64,000 bases of DNA, taken from IMG/VR virus record IMGVR_UViG_3300040816_000831; one strand, 5' to 3'. The notes beneath the pieces are model-generated. The model was not told the DNA's origin. It ran no database searches and saw only the letters and a list, made by a program, of their open reading frames with translations. This document shows positions 46,670 through 57,700 of this stretch, in pieces. The position numbers and the translations under genes were made by a program. Position 1 is the first letter of the stretch. Each line of letters begins with the position of its first letter. Origin of the DNA: a virus.

Positions 46670-48388
46670 CTATGAACCTGAGATCTCGGAGAATTCAACT
46701 CCGGACCTTGTTGCTACGAAGCTCAATGTAATAAAGTTAATACTTCTTGCAGGCTTGATAAAGATATCTGCTACAAATTTATTACCGTCAATTACTGAGC
46801 TAGTGTTGTTAGTGTTATCACAGATTACTGAAAAATCTGTAAGTCCACGTCTACCTTTGACGTCTCTTAAGAACGGTTCAACTAAGTTTCTGAACTGCGC
46901 TCTTGTAAATTCGTCGTTAAATTCGAATAGTTGCGCTTTAGCTGCTGTGCTAACCGCTTTTTCTAATACGATAAAGAGTCTACGTACATTTATTCTATCG
47001 AATGCTGAAGGTCTGCTTAATAAAGTTTTATCTCCAAATAGTAAAGTACCTTGTCCAGGTAATGATACTATAGGATTGACTCTTGCTTTATATAAAGAAT
47101 CCCTATCTGCTTTCTTAGGATTAAATGCTAATTTAGTTACTCCTAAAAGTTGACCCCTGTTTATTCCTGCTGGAGAGAACCATGCATCTGCTACTGAATC
47201 AGTATTAGCGCAAAGTCCTGCCATGTGACCAGAAGCTGCTATATATCTGTATTTGTCATTATATTTGTCATATACATATAGTGCTGTTGAATCACAAGAA
47301 GCATAAGATGTTGATGTTAAACCATCAGCAAAAGCTTTTACGCTTGCTGCTGGAGTAGCATTATTAACAGTGTCTTCTAATGGTGGTGAAATAAATGCCA
47401 TACAATCTTTTCTTGCATTTACAATAGATATTAAATCTTCTGCTATTACTTCATCGCCATCGGCGTCTGCAGCTGCAAAAAGTAAGTTAACATCTACAGT
47501 TTCAGCATCTTCTAAAAGATCGAATCCTGCGGCTATTTCGCCAGTTGTTGGTGTGTTATCATCAACTCCACCTGCAAGTGAAGCTTCAATTGCTGATGCG
47601 TGTGTGTGGAAGCTATTAGACGCTTCTGCGTCTCCTGTTCCACCAGTTACTGCTTTCGCTGCAACTAAAGTAAATCCTGCTTCTAGTAAGTTTGTATCAT
47701 GGTCAATCCATCTGATATAGTTAGATTGATTGTTAATAACATCCTTATAGTAGTTAGTACTACCGTCGTCTTTTTTAGCGTCAGAGGCTTGTGATACAAA
47801 TCCAAAAGTTTCTAATACTGTACCTGGTGTACCGCTTAATGCGCCATCTTCATCTATAACAGCAATATGCAGTTCGTCATTAGTGACTCCTGCTGCAGTT
47901 GCAGATGCTGATGTACCTGGTGCAGCATCAAAATTACTAGCATAAGTCCAACCACTGAATGGTGAAGCTCCTGCTGTTATCATTGATACCTTTATGCTAT
48001 TACCCAGTACTCCTGGATGTTTAGCTGCCCATGCCCCCAAATTAAGACTTCCATCTGCATAATTATTCAAATAATGTTCATTATTTTTTATCAGCTGTCC
48101 TGTACCTTGCGCGGTCGCGTTTAAATGACCTGAAGCTACTCGAACCACTTTAAGAGCATTACCATACTTTAAAAAAGATGCTGCTACTAGAAAGTGTTTA
48201 GCTGTGGAATCGTCTGGTGTACCAAACGTAGCTGCAAGTTCGTTTTCTGAACCTACCGTTACAATTTGTTCCACTGGACCCCAGTTGAATGCTCCTGCAA
48301 ATCCACCAATGCTGGTTGATACTGCTGGGACTACATTCGTGGCGTCGATTTCTTGAACCTGAACGCCCGGTGATACTTGAAATGCCAT
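46670..48388 (-). CDS. gp18: Tail sheath protein
   Basis: SPGV...E.D, WFSPAG..RG, FDRINVRRLF; late promoter at 48451-48458. Confidence 0.97.
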   Translation of the reverse strand: MAFQVSPGVQVQEIDATNVVPAVSTSIGGFAGAFNWGPVEQIVTVGSENELAATFGTPDDSTAKHFLVAASFLKYGNALKVVRVASGHLNATAQGTGQLIKNNEHYLNNYADGSLNLGAWAAKHPGVLGNSIKVSMITAGASPFSGWTYASNFDAAPGTSASATAAGVTNDELHIAVIDEDGALSGTPGTVLETFGFVSQASDAKKDDGSTNYYKDVINNQSNYIRWIDHDTNLLEAGFTLVAAKAVTGGTGDAEASNSFHTHASAIEASLAGGVDDNTPTTGEIAAGFDLLEDAETVDVNLLFAAADADGDEVIAEDLISIVNARKDCMAFISPPLEDTVNNATPAASVKAFADGLTSTSYASCDSTALYVYDKYNDKYRYIAASGHMAGLCANTDSVADAWFSPAGINRGQLLGVTKLAFNPKKADRDSLYKARVNPIVSLPGQGTLLFGDKTLLSRPSAFDRINVRRLFIVLEKAVSTAAKAQLFEFNDEFTRAQFRNLVEPFLRDVKGRRGLTDFSVICDNTNNTSSVIDGNKFVADIFIKPARSINFITLSFVATRSGVEFSEISGS

Positions 48389-48470
48389 CGCTTTGTCCTC
48401 TATTTTGAGTTAGTTAATAAGTTTCATAATAAGAATTATTCAATTACTATTATTTATAATAAAGTGTTTT

Positions 48471-49679
48471 CTAACGAGTTAACTCAACTGATTGAGAATT
48501 ATATTCTATTATAGGATTTTTGCCTGATATATCAATAATATTATGTTCATGCATTACCCCATTTTTTGACCACTTAACTCTATCTCCATCGAATTCCATG
48601 GAATCTGTTTGTATTTTATTTTCAAACATTGATATATATGTTGTTGGTTTTAACCAATAGTCTCTATTTTTAAATTTTTCTAAAACCTTTTTAGGTAAAT
48701 TTTCACCTGTTGCTTTTCTATAACCTTTTGTTCCTGGTGTTGAATTGATTTCAATAAACATTGGTGGTATCTTATTTCTATCTTTCGATGGGAATATATC
48801 TACACCTACCCATAAACCATCAACAGCTTTAGCTGCTTTTTCTACATGTTCTATTTCTAAATCTGTTAATTCTATTGGTTCAGGTTTTGAGCCTAAAGAT
48901 ACGTTTGTTCTAAAGTCCTTTGCAACTTGTGGTCTTTTTATTGCGCCATGAAACTTACCACCAATCACATGTGCACGAATATCGAATGTAAAGTCATCAA
49001 TCATTGTTTGTAATAACACACCCATATTCGGGTCTAACTTATGCATTAATTGTACAGTAGAATGTAATGAACTTTCTGAATCTACTTTAATAACACCAAT
49101 ACCTAATGAACCTGTAAGTGTTTTAAGAATAACTGGATATTTACCACCTAATCTTTTCATAGCATCAATTGCTTTTTCTGGATGATGTATTAAAACAGTT
49201 TTAGGTTGATTTAGTTCTGCTTCAGCAAGATACAAACTTGTTCTATATTTATCAGATGTAATTTCCATACATGCTCTTGTATTTACACATACAACGCCTG
49301 CTCTTTCTAATTGAGTTAAAAAGTCTGACCATGCTTTTCTTTTAGTAACAGGTGCTCTTACAAATACAATTGTATTATCATCAATTTTAAACTTTCTTTC
49401 TTTCTCTGCAATACCATCATAGATATACCTTACACCATTTTCTAAATCAGAATATGCACCTTGCACATCTACTTTAAACGCTTTAAGACCTAGCTTCTCT
49501 CCTTCTTTTATAAAGTCATCTGCAGTTGCCTCAGGGTCATCAGGGTCTTCTGGGTCATCATACCAGAGATATACGAATCGATATGTTTTCTCTTCTTCTT
49601 CAGACAATACTTCTATATCTTCCCACTGTTCTGTAGTATAGTTATATTTTCTTTTTCTATAATCGCTAAAATTTTGCAT
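48471..49679 (-). CDS. RimK-like ATP-grasp ligase (start revised to MQNFSDY)
   Basis: DKY, YPVILK..GS.G.GV, DIR, DFRTN, GVD, EINSTPG. Confidence 0.85.
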   Translation of the reverse strand: MQNFSDYRKRKYNYTTEQWEDIEVLSEEEEKTYRFVYLWYDDPEDPDDPEATADDFIKEGEKLGLKAFKVDVQGAYSDLENGVRYIYDGIAEKERKFKIDDNTIVFVRAPVTKRKAWSDFLTQLERAGVVCVNTRACMEITSDKYRTSLYLAEAELNQPKTVLIHHPEKAIDAMKRLGGKYPVILKTLTGSLGIGVIKVDSESSLHSTVQLMHKLDPNMGVLLQTMIDDFTFDIRAHVIGGKFHGAIKRPQVAKDFRTNVSLGSKPEPIELTDLEIEHVEKAAKAVDGLWVGVDIFPSKDRNKIPPMFIEINSTPGTKGYRKATGENLPKKVLEKFKNRDYWLKPTTYISMFENKIQTDSMEFDGDRVKWSKNGVMHEHNIIDISGKNPIIEYNSQSVELTR

Positions 49680-51282
49680 TTCCAGTCCACTCCTGTTCGA
49701 ACCAGATGTTTCCATCTTCGTCTTTAGTATATTTATCCTTTTCATAGTTCCCACTCTCAACGTAGCCAAATGGTAACATATCGTCTTGAATAGCTTTTAA
49801 TCTTTCTTTATATAACATATCTTTCATATCAATATTTGTTAATGATTGAAAAACATCTGTTGTTGTAAACCATGCAAATAATACTAAATTCATCATTAAG
49901 TCATCATGATTTGGAGCAACAGCCATATAAGTATTTCCTTTACTTACAAATGTACTCATTTCAACTATAGTATTTGCATCATTTATTTTTAATTTCTTTT
50001 GTTCTATTAAATCTTTTATACTCGAACAACCAATACGTTTTACTCTTTTTGTCATTGTAGCACCAAGAGCATTTGCTTTAATACTTGATTCTACAAACAT
50101 GTTCTCATATTCTAAATCATAATAGAGTCCATTACATACAACTCCACCTTGGTCATTACTTTCAATTACAACATAAGCTTCGTTATATGTATTTGCATAT
50201 TTGTATATAATATCTGGTAATAACATTGGAGATATATTATTATCTCTAAATACACAAACTTGTTCAAATGGTTGTGTAGTCACATCAATAATTGTAAATG
50301 TACTATAGTCTTGATTTCTTCCCTTTGAAACATCAACAGTCATGACATACTCATGTTCAAGTTCAGGTTGTTTGTATACAAATACGTTTTCTTTATAAAA
50401 TTCTGGTTCAATACTTTGTTGAGCTAATAAATAATTTGAACCTATTAATGTATTACCTCTTCCATGAAATGTATTACCAAATTCTTGCTCAAACTGTAAT
50501 TCCGAAGTATTAGATACAGTTTGTCTTTTCCACTCTTCATCTCTTCCTGGTACATCCCACCAATCAACTCTAAAAGGTTTAAACTCATTTGTTTTTTGTA
50601 CAGCACCTTCCCATAGTTTATGATATACATTACCTATTCCATTTGCCGTAGAAGTAATAATAACCTTTGTATCTTTACCAGATGAAACTACCGGATAAGT
50701 AGATGTATAAAACTGTGCGTCATTCTCTACAAAAGCAAACTCATCTAAAAATAATAAGTTAATTGATAAACCCCTTATTGAACTACCACTTGTAGCAGAA
50801 GCTATTATCTTACTATTATTACTAAACTCTATACTACCTTTATTTAATGCCTTACAACCTGGCTGTAAAAAGAAAGGTAAATTTTCTAGCGCAAGCGTAA
50901 TACGCGCGAGCATTTCTCTAGCAACTGCTCCCTTATTAGCTAATATAGCAATTGTTTTTTCTGGATGAAATACTGCATACCATAAAAGATATACGACTGA
51001 AGAAATTGATTTACCACTTTGTCGACAAGCTAATACAATACTAAATCTACTATCATTAAAGTGTTTAAACATCTTTTCTTGATATGGATATAAATCAAAT
51101 GGAACTAAACCTTCATCTAGATTAATAATTTTAATATAAGTTCTTGCAAAATATGCAGGATTTCTCATGCACTTTTGGTATTCTAGAATATCCTCTCTTG
51201 TGAATTCAGTTTCAACACCATCTCTTTTAACAGACGGGTTGCCTAGATAACCAAACTCATTATTCTTTAACTTTTGCATCAA
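49666..51282 (-). CDS. gp17: Terminase large subunit
   Basis: RQSGKS, LDEFAF, STANG, DVSKG, HDDL. Confidence 0.97.
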   Translation of the reverse strand: MMQKLKNNEFGYLGNPSVKRDGVETEFTREDILEYQKCMRNPAYFARTYIKIINLDEGLVPFDLYPYQEKMFKHFNDSRFSIVLACRQSGKSISSVVYLLWYAVFHPEKTIAILANKGAVAREMLARITLALENLPFFLQPGCKALNKGSIEFSNNSKIIASATSGSSIRGLSINLLFLDEFAFVENDAQFYTSTYPVVSSGKDTKVIITSTANGIGNVYHKLWEGAVQKTNEFKPFRVDWWDVPGRDEEWKRQTVSNTSELQFEQEFGNTFHGRGNTLIGSNYLLAQQSIEPEFYKENVFVYKQPELEHEYVMTVDVSKGRNQDYSTFTIIDVTTQPFEQVCVFRDNNISPMLLPDIIYKYANTYNEAYVVIESNDQGGVVCNGLYYDLEYENMFVESSIKANALGATMTKRVKRIGCSSIKDLIEQKKLKINDANTIVEMSTFVSKGNTYMAVAPNHDDLMMNLVLFAWFTTTDVFQSLTNIDMKDMLYKERLKAIQDDMLPFGYVESGNYEKDKYTKDEDGNIWFEQEWTGNAKF

Positions 51283-51670
51283 TCACATTATCTCTATCTA
51301 ATAAAAGTCTTTGCAAGTCAGTTGTACTACCTACAAACATATTATTATTTGTCACATTTTTTTGTTTTTCAGTCTCATCTGCTGTTAAGTCTTTCTTTTT
51401 CTTTTGTAAAGACATAAGCTTTTCAGTAGTATCACCAATATTTTTTATTGTTTGAGCAAGCACTTCAAAAGCTCTTGGATGTTCAGATTCTCTCGCAAGT
51501 TCTGCAAGTACGTCCATAGAGCGAGTACCTGTATATATTAAGTCTTTATAAGTTTTTCGTGAAAACTCATAATCATCTTTAATATCTTTATCTATTTTAA
51601 TAGGTCTGTTCTGTCTTACTTCTGGCAAATTCTTTTCTAAATTTGCAGTCATTTTTTCTTTTTTATCCAT
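51260..51670 (-). CDS. gp16: Terminase small subunit
   Basis: DYEFSR, HPRAFEV, FVGSTTDL. Confidence 0.93.
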   Translation of the reverse strand: MDKKEKMTANLEKNLPEVRQNRPIKIDKDIKDDYEFSRKTYKDLIYTGTRSMDVLAELARESEHPRAFEVLAQTIKNIGDTTEKLMSLQKKKKDLTADETEKQKNVTNNNMFVGSTTDLQRLLLDRDNVIDAKVKE

Positions 51671-52419
51671 TATCCACCTTCAGTAATAGTTTCCGTTACC
51701 GTGAAACTATCAGCATTATCAGAAGCACCAACAGTAAAATCTATTTCCTCAAACGTTCTACCTACGTTATCTTTTTCGTGGAAATCTAGATTGACTTCAC
51801 GTATTATTGCTTGGTCGGATGTTGGACCAAAAAACTTCATTTTCATTGTAAAGTCTAATTGATAGATTAATACTCTTCTTTCTGTAAAGTCTCCTTCATA
51901 TTGGTCGTCTATAGCAATTGAACCAAGTATTACAGAAACATCTTGTTTATAATCAAACCCTGTGACTGGCTTGATTGTGACATTATACTCTGGTTGAAAA
52001 TATGGTAATATTTGTTCTACTATTTGTAAACCATCATCTTGATTTTTTGCCATAATATATAATGACATTCCAATATCGTATGAAGTATAATGCTTTATTG
52101 TTTTCTTTTTAGTAACATCTGAAGCATGTGTTTCAGATATAATATTTCTTTTAGCTAACTTTTGAGTAGTATCTAAAGTAACGCCACTAATTTCAAAGGC
52201 CATTCTTGGTAATTTGATAGCCATTTGAGCATCAAATCCAGTTTCTTGGTCTAATCTAGCTAAAAACTTTTGTTTAGGTCCATACGCTAATGGAACTCTT
52301 ATTTGATTTAAAATACTACCATCAGCTGCAGTTCTTGCAACTTTTAAATTATTAAACAATGTACCAAAGACTGCAACAGACTTTCTCATTGTAGCATGAT
52401 AAAAATGGTCACCAAACAT
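51670..52419 (-). CDS. gp15: Tail terminator / sheath stabiliser
   Basis: FGTLFN, VPLAYGPKQKF, EQILPYFQP. Confidence 0.95.
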   Translation of the reverse strand: MFGDHFYHATMRKSVAVFGTLFNNLKVARTAADGSILNQIRVPLAYGPKQKFLARLDQETGFDAQMAIKLPRMAFEISGVTLDTTQKLAKRNIISETHASDVTKKKTIKHYTSYDIGMSLYIMAKNQDDGLQIVEQILPYFQPEYNVTIKPVTGFDYKQDVSVILGSIAIDDQYEGDFTERRVLIYQLDFTMKMKFFGPTSDQAIIREVNLDFHEKDNVGRTFEEIDFTVGASDNADSFTVTETITEGG

Positions 52420-53363
52420 TAGTATGTCTCCGATGGGTCGCCAAATGGATTTGATTCTGAGAAATCAATAAATCCATCAGCATTTATTTCAAAGTCTATA
52501 TTTTGAGCTTCTTCATCAGCAATCCAAGAGTTTCCTGTTAAATCAGTGACATCGCTATAAACTTTTGCTATTGTTCCAGTATATGCGCTTGTTCTACCTG
52601 TTAGTGTTCCACCTACAGTAAAGTCCTTTGCTGACGTTGAGCCTGATGTACCAATATTAGATACCCATAGTTTACTTAAAATATTAGATGGTTTCTTTCT
52701 TTGTTGTACTTCACCAAATACAATAACTGCTGGAGTATCTCCTACAGCTGCTGTAATAGTTTGTTCTACTATTTCTCCTACTGCAAAATGATTTCCACCT
52801 GATATCGTAACATCTATTGGAAGTTGATAAGCAGCTTTTGCTGTTGAAGTATCTATTGACTCAACACCTGTTTCAAAGTCCTCATCACTATATTCAAATA
52901 GTGAGCATTGCATTTTGTATACAGGTAAGTTAGATAATTGATAGAATGGTGATTCGTCTTCTACAAAAGTTATCTCAAAAAATGAATTGGTCATTGGTAA
53001 GAAGATTAAATCTCCTTCTTGTGGTCTTGGGTCAACAACATTATCTGAGAATGCACCAACTCTTGTTTCCCATCTTCTTCTTGATACGATAAAGGTAGCA
53101 TCGTCTCGTATTTCTAAACCAAATTTAGAATATAAATCTCCAGCACCTTCAAACCCTTCAGTATTTTCAATGTACATTTCTAAGAGATATGCATCATCAA
53201 ATTTTCCTGCAGGGTCTTCGTTAAGTATACTATCTCTATTTACAAGAGTACGTGGAATGTAATAAACATCTTGTCCATATATTCCTAATGATTCTATTAT
53301 CAGGTCTTCGTATAAGTGTTGTTCACTTTTGACGGCCTGAGAAAAGTATACGTTTCTCGGCAT
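52419..53363 (-). CDS. gp14: Neck protein
   Basis: YG.DVYYIPR, PQEGDLI, FSESNPFG. Confidence 0.94.
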   Translation of the reverse strand: MPRNVYFSQAVKSEQHLYEDLIIESLGIYGQDVYYIPRTLVNRDSILNEDPAGKFDDAYLLEMYIENTEGFEGAGDLYSKFGLEIRDDATFIVSRRRWETRVGAFSDNVVDPRPQEGDLIFLPMTNSFFEITFVEDESPFYQLSNLPVYKMQCSLFEYSDEDFETGVESIDTSTAKAAYQLPIDVTISGGNHFAVGEIVEQTITAAVGDTPAVIVFGEVQQRKKPSNILSKLWVSNIGTSGSTSAKDFTVGGTLTGRTSAYTGTIAKVYSDVTDLTGNSWIADEEAQNIDFEINADGFIDFSESNPFGDPSETY

Positions 53364-53366
53364 GTT

Positions 53367-54116
53367 TTATCCTGTCATGAAGTCGACTGGTTGTTCCCAA
53401 TTAAGCCTAGCTTCTTCTTCTAATTTTACTAATTCTTCGTTTGCGTCATCAAACAATTGACGACCATTGAACGTTACTCCACCTGGCATTACCATACCTT
53501 CAAACTTAATTAAGTTTTGTCCCCATTGTCTTTTTAATAGTGCAGTACAATATCTTTTTAAGAAATAATCGTTATAAACATCAGTATATGTGTCAGGGTC
53601 TATTACTCTATAACATTCTACAATTAAGTAATCACCAACAATAACTTCTTCAGACCAGTCCATAAATATTTCTAATCTATTTTTATGTCTTTCAAAGTTG
53701 ATATGTTTTTCATCTGAATCGACAACAACATCTAATAAAGATAAGAATTGTCTTGACATTACGTATTCAGTTAAATTACCCATAAAGCCGACTGAATGAA
53801 TATCGTTTAAATGTATTTGATATCTTATATCAAACATATCAGTTGATGTAACAGAATCTCTGATAGGCATAACTCTTACAACATCTGTAATTAAGTCATT
53901 GATTGCAATATATTTATTATCGATATCTGTTTGAGTGACTTGATGTTTTAAATAAAATTTTTCAATTGAATCTGCGTGATATGTTTGATAAAATTGTAAA
54001 GCTTCATCAACTCTGTCATCAATTTGGTCATCATCTATATTAATCTCAATCACTGGTGCACCCAATGACCTTAAACAATAATCGATAAATGTTTGTTTAC
54101 TATTTGGTTTTGCCAT
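53367..54116 (-). CDS. gp13: Neck protein
   Basis: LGAPVIEIN, QWGQNL.KF.G..MPGG; late promoter at 54137-54144. Confidence 0.94.
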   Translation of the reverse strand: MAKPNSKQTFIDYCLRSLGAPVIEINIDDDQIDDRVDEALQFYQTYHADSIEKFYLKHQVTQTDIDNKYIAINDLITDVVRVMPIRDSVTSTDMFDIRYQIHLNDIHSVGFMGNLTEYVMSRQFLSLLDVVVDSDEKHINFERHKNRLEIFMDWSEEVIVGDYLIVECYRVIDPDTYTDVYNDYFLKRYCTALLKRQWGQNLIKFEGMVMPGGVTFNGRQLFDDANEELVKLEEEARLNWEQPVDFMTG

Positions 54117-54160
54117 ATTTAATTCCTATTATATTCTATTTATAATAGTTTTACCCTTAC

Positions 54161-54766
54161 TTATACACTTAGTGTTCCGGAACGTAAGGCATAAAGTGTG
54201 TAGCCATATTCCTTAATTCTATTATTTGATGGGTCGGTAGTTTCAAATCTTACACCATAATGTGAATTAAACCTATTATGTACTCCAGCTCCACCAATAT
54301 GCGATGCTAAAGAAGTGGAAATTCTATGGGTTCCATGCCACCAAACATTTGGAAAAGCATTACCTGTACCTCGTGTTGGGTCAGAAATATTAATTGTATA
54401 ATTGCCCATATAAGCGTTGAGTTCATTACCTGTTTTTAAAGCCGTAATTGGAAATCCTCTACGATTATTAAAGCTTAAATCATTATTACTAATATCTCCA
54501 TTACCTTCTCCATGAGAATAATAACCTCCATAACATCCAATTGTGTCTAGTGTATTTGCAGCACTCATTGGTGTCATAAGTAGTGCATACCCATTAACTT
54601 CAACATTATGTAATTCGATTATAAATCTACCATAACCTGCATTTCTAGCACTGGAATATTCAACATCAAAATGAGATACACTAGTACTTGTATAACCACT
54701 GCTCCAAACTACTCCAGGACCTTCTGATTTTTTAGCAGTTGTTCCGTCTGTAATATATAAAGGCAT
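54161..54766 (-). CDS. Putative tail-fibre tip/accessory beta-rich protein
   Basis: Coupled by TAATG to the upstream fibre gene; G/S/N/Y-rich. Confidence 0.45.
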   Translation of the reverse strand: MPLYITDGTTAKKSEGPGVVWSSGYTSTSVSHFDVEYSSARNAGYGRFIIELHNVEVNGYALLMTPMSAANTLDTIGCYGGYYSHGEGNGDISNNDLSFNNRRGFPITALKTGNELNAYMGNYTINISDPTRGTGNAFPNVWWHGTHRISTSLASHIGGAGVHNRFNSHYGVRFETTDPSNNRIKEYGYTLYALRSGTLSV

Positions 54767-57700
54767 TAGTCTGTTACCTCCGTAAGATTAAATTTATATT
54801 TTTTACCATTTCTTCTATTAATTAAGAATAAATCATCAGCACCTTCTTGTATTGTCCAAGAACCATTTGTTCCATCAACTTCATTGCCTTCTCTTGTATA
54901 TGCATTTCCTTCCATATCCTCGCCTTCCGGTGGCATATTTGATAAGTTAAGGTCATTAGTATAGATATTTCTATAACCAGATGAAGCAGAACCTAAATCA
55001 AAAGTATTATTTACTCTTGGAAGTTGATGACCGGCTTCTGTCCAAATAGTATGGTAATCTGCCATTGTATCATTACCTATACCAAAGTTTCTATTACCGG
55101 CCCCATAAGGATTAATGCCCATTACAACTTTATAAGCACATGCTGGGTTTGCATCATTTAAAAAATCAGATTCAGTAGCACCATTAATAAATGCCATACT
55201 TATTTCAGCGTCTGAAGTATTAGCTATTCTAAAATGACCCCAACTTGCATAAGAGTTAGAGGCTATTACTCCCATTCTACCACCACTTACATGTAACTTT
55301 CCTGTAGGACTATCAGTTCCAATACCAACGTTGCCGAGATATGGTTGTAATACTAAATTATATGCGGCAGTAGCATTGTAGTTACTAACATCAATATAAT
55401 ATGCGCCTGTACCATTATCCATAGCACCTATTCTAAGAGCATCACTTCCGGCGATATTTCCGTTAAAGTAAGCTACTGCACCAGAGACAATAGTTGCTGA
55501 ATTTGTTACTGCACCACCACCCGCTCTTGATACATAAAATGGTAAACGTGCTGTCGTGTCGGCAACAAGAGCCCTTCCAGCAACTTGAAGATTCCACGAA
55601 GGTGAAATTACTCCGATACCAACGTTGCCGTTTGTATGAATACGCATACGCTCTGTATATGATCCACCACCCATAAACTTAACAGGAGCATTTGCAGACC
55701 AGCCGTATTCTAATTCATTACTACTATTCGCCCGCATAATTGTGCGAATAGTTCCGCCAGTATCTTTAGTTCGTATCTCTAGTGCGTTATTTAGGAGTAT
55801 ATTACCTCCTGATATGTGCAGTTTTTCTGCTGGAGAACTTGTTCCGATACCAACGTTGCCTGAGCTATTAATTCTTATTCCTACATTAGAATCAGAAAAG
55901 CCTATCCCATGCAATATTTTAAATTCGTCATCCGTATCAACACCCCATGACCACCATTGGGCAGCATCATTTGAATCAGTAGAAGCAATTAAATTAAGTG
56001 CTTTTTTCGATGTGCCAACTGCACTTAATTGAGTTAATCTATCTTGTGTAGGCTCAGCACCTTTAATATGTAATGATGCATCTGCAGTACTACCTTCAGT
56101 TGCTCCTGTATTTATGATTTGCATTGAAGCATTATAGATATCAAGTTTTGAATTATTACCTACATTATTTGTTCCAATTCCAATACTTCCATTACTTAAA
56201 TCCATTGTCAATATATTATTTGTAATAAAAGAATTTCCAGCATCATTTAATGAACCAAATTTACCAATTCCTCCATCTACAACAAAATTTAAATGTTTAT
56301 CATCTGTAGAACCTGAGTAATCAATTAAATCTAAATGAGCTCCATCGCCACCATTTATTACAATCCTTGCTCTTTGACTTGTATCTTGTACTTGTAAAAC
56401 AGTGGCTGCATTATCTGTATAACTTGCCCATGAATTAGGACTATCAGTTCCAATTCCAACATTGCCTAAACTATCAATACGCATAGCTTCTGCTGGAGTT
56501 CCTGCATGATTAGTCCAAAACACCAAATTTGTTGGATTACCACTAGCTGCTGTGTTTTCAGCATAAAGACCAACACCACCATTAAACGAAACAGTTCCAC
56601 CATTACTTGAAACAGTATAAGTAGTACTTGTAGCTCCTAATCCAATTCCTGATGCCTTTGGATAAGTTCCAGTAGTGCTGTGATTTACATTTAAAACACT
56701 ACCACTATTAATAGTTCCTGCAAAGGTAGCATTTTGTGATGCATCTAGTGTAAGAGCACTAGATGCACCAGTGAAGAAACTCATTGTATCTCCATTAACA
56801 CTTACTCTATTGCCATTATTTGTTGAGCTACTATCTTCAATAATTATAGCCGCACCTGCATCTGTTGATTCAAATTTAGCAACATAATCGTATGGTGTGG
56901 AAGTAACTAAAGGAAAAGAACCAATAGAATTGGAAAATATTCCTGTATTAGTAGTAGTTGTAAAAACGCCCGCAGAGATAGTTCCTGTTACGTCTATGCC
57001 TGTTGAGGTGGCGGTTAGTATATCGCCTGTACCATTTAAATGTATCCTGTAACTACCATCAGAAACAGCTCTGTTATACCAAGGCTGATTAGAACCTTGC
57101 TTTATACCAAACTGGTAATCTGAGCCTGTTAAATCTAATCTCTCTTCACTTGCATCCCAAAAGAACTTAGCCGTAGTTCCTGTATCTTCGTAAAAAGAGA
57201 TGTCTCCGTTGTTGGCTATGTTTAGCCTAGTATCCCCATCAGTATATAGCCTTACAGCCCCTGAGCCTGTGCCTGACTGATAAACAACAAAATCTTCCGT
57301 TGAGTCTCCACTTACGCCAACGTACCAAGGAACAGACGATACTGCACTTTCAAAACTAATTTGAGAGCCATTGTTTGTACTATTAATAGCGATACCAGTA
57401 AGACTGGTTGTGTTTACAGCTATAGCACCATCAACAGTCAAACCATCCATTGTGGCTGTACCTGTTACATTAATATCTTTATTAAAGTCCCATTCGTCGT
57501 TAGTACCATCATAGATAATTGTGGCTGATGCTCCATCTACTGTAATTCCAGCGCCATTAGCTGCAGCCGCATTGGCTGCTCCTGATGCTAATGTGAGATT
57601 TAAATCATCTACTGTCATTGTAGTAGAATTAATTGTAGTTGTTGTACCATCAACTTGTAAATTACCAGCGATAACGACTGTTCCAGTATTGTTTCCTACT

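Noticed and set aside
14750-50630. Short alternative-frame minus-strand ORFs (14750, 24362, 25694, 31084, 32572, 37911, 38530, 50445)
   Set aside because: Nested in or overlapping conserved genes, with no motifs or clear RBS
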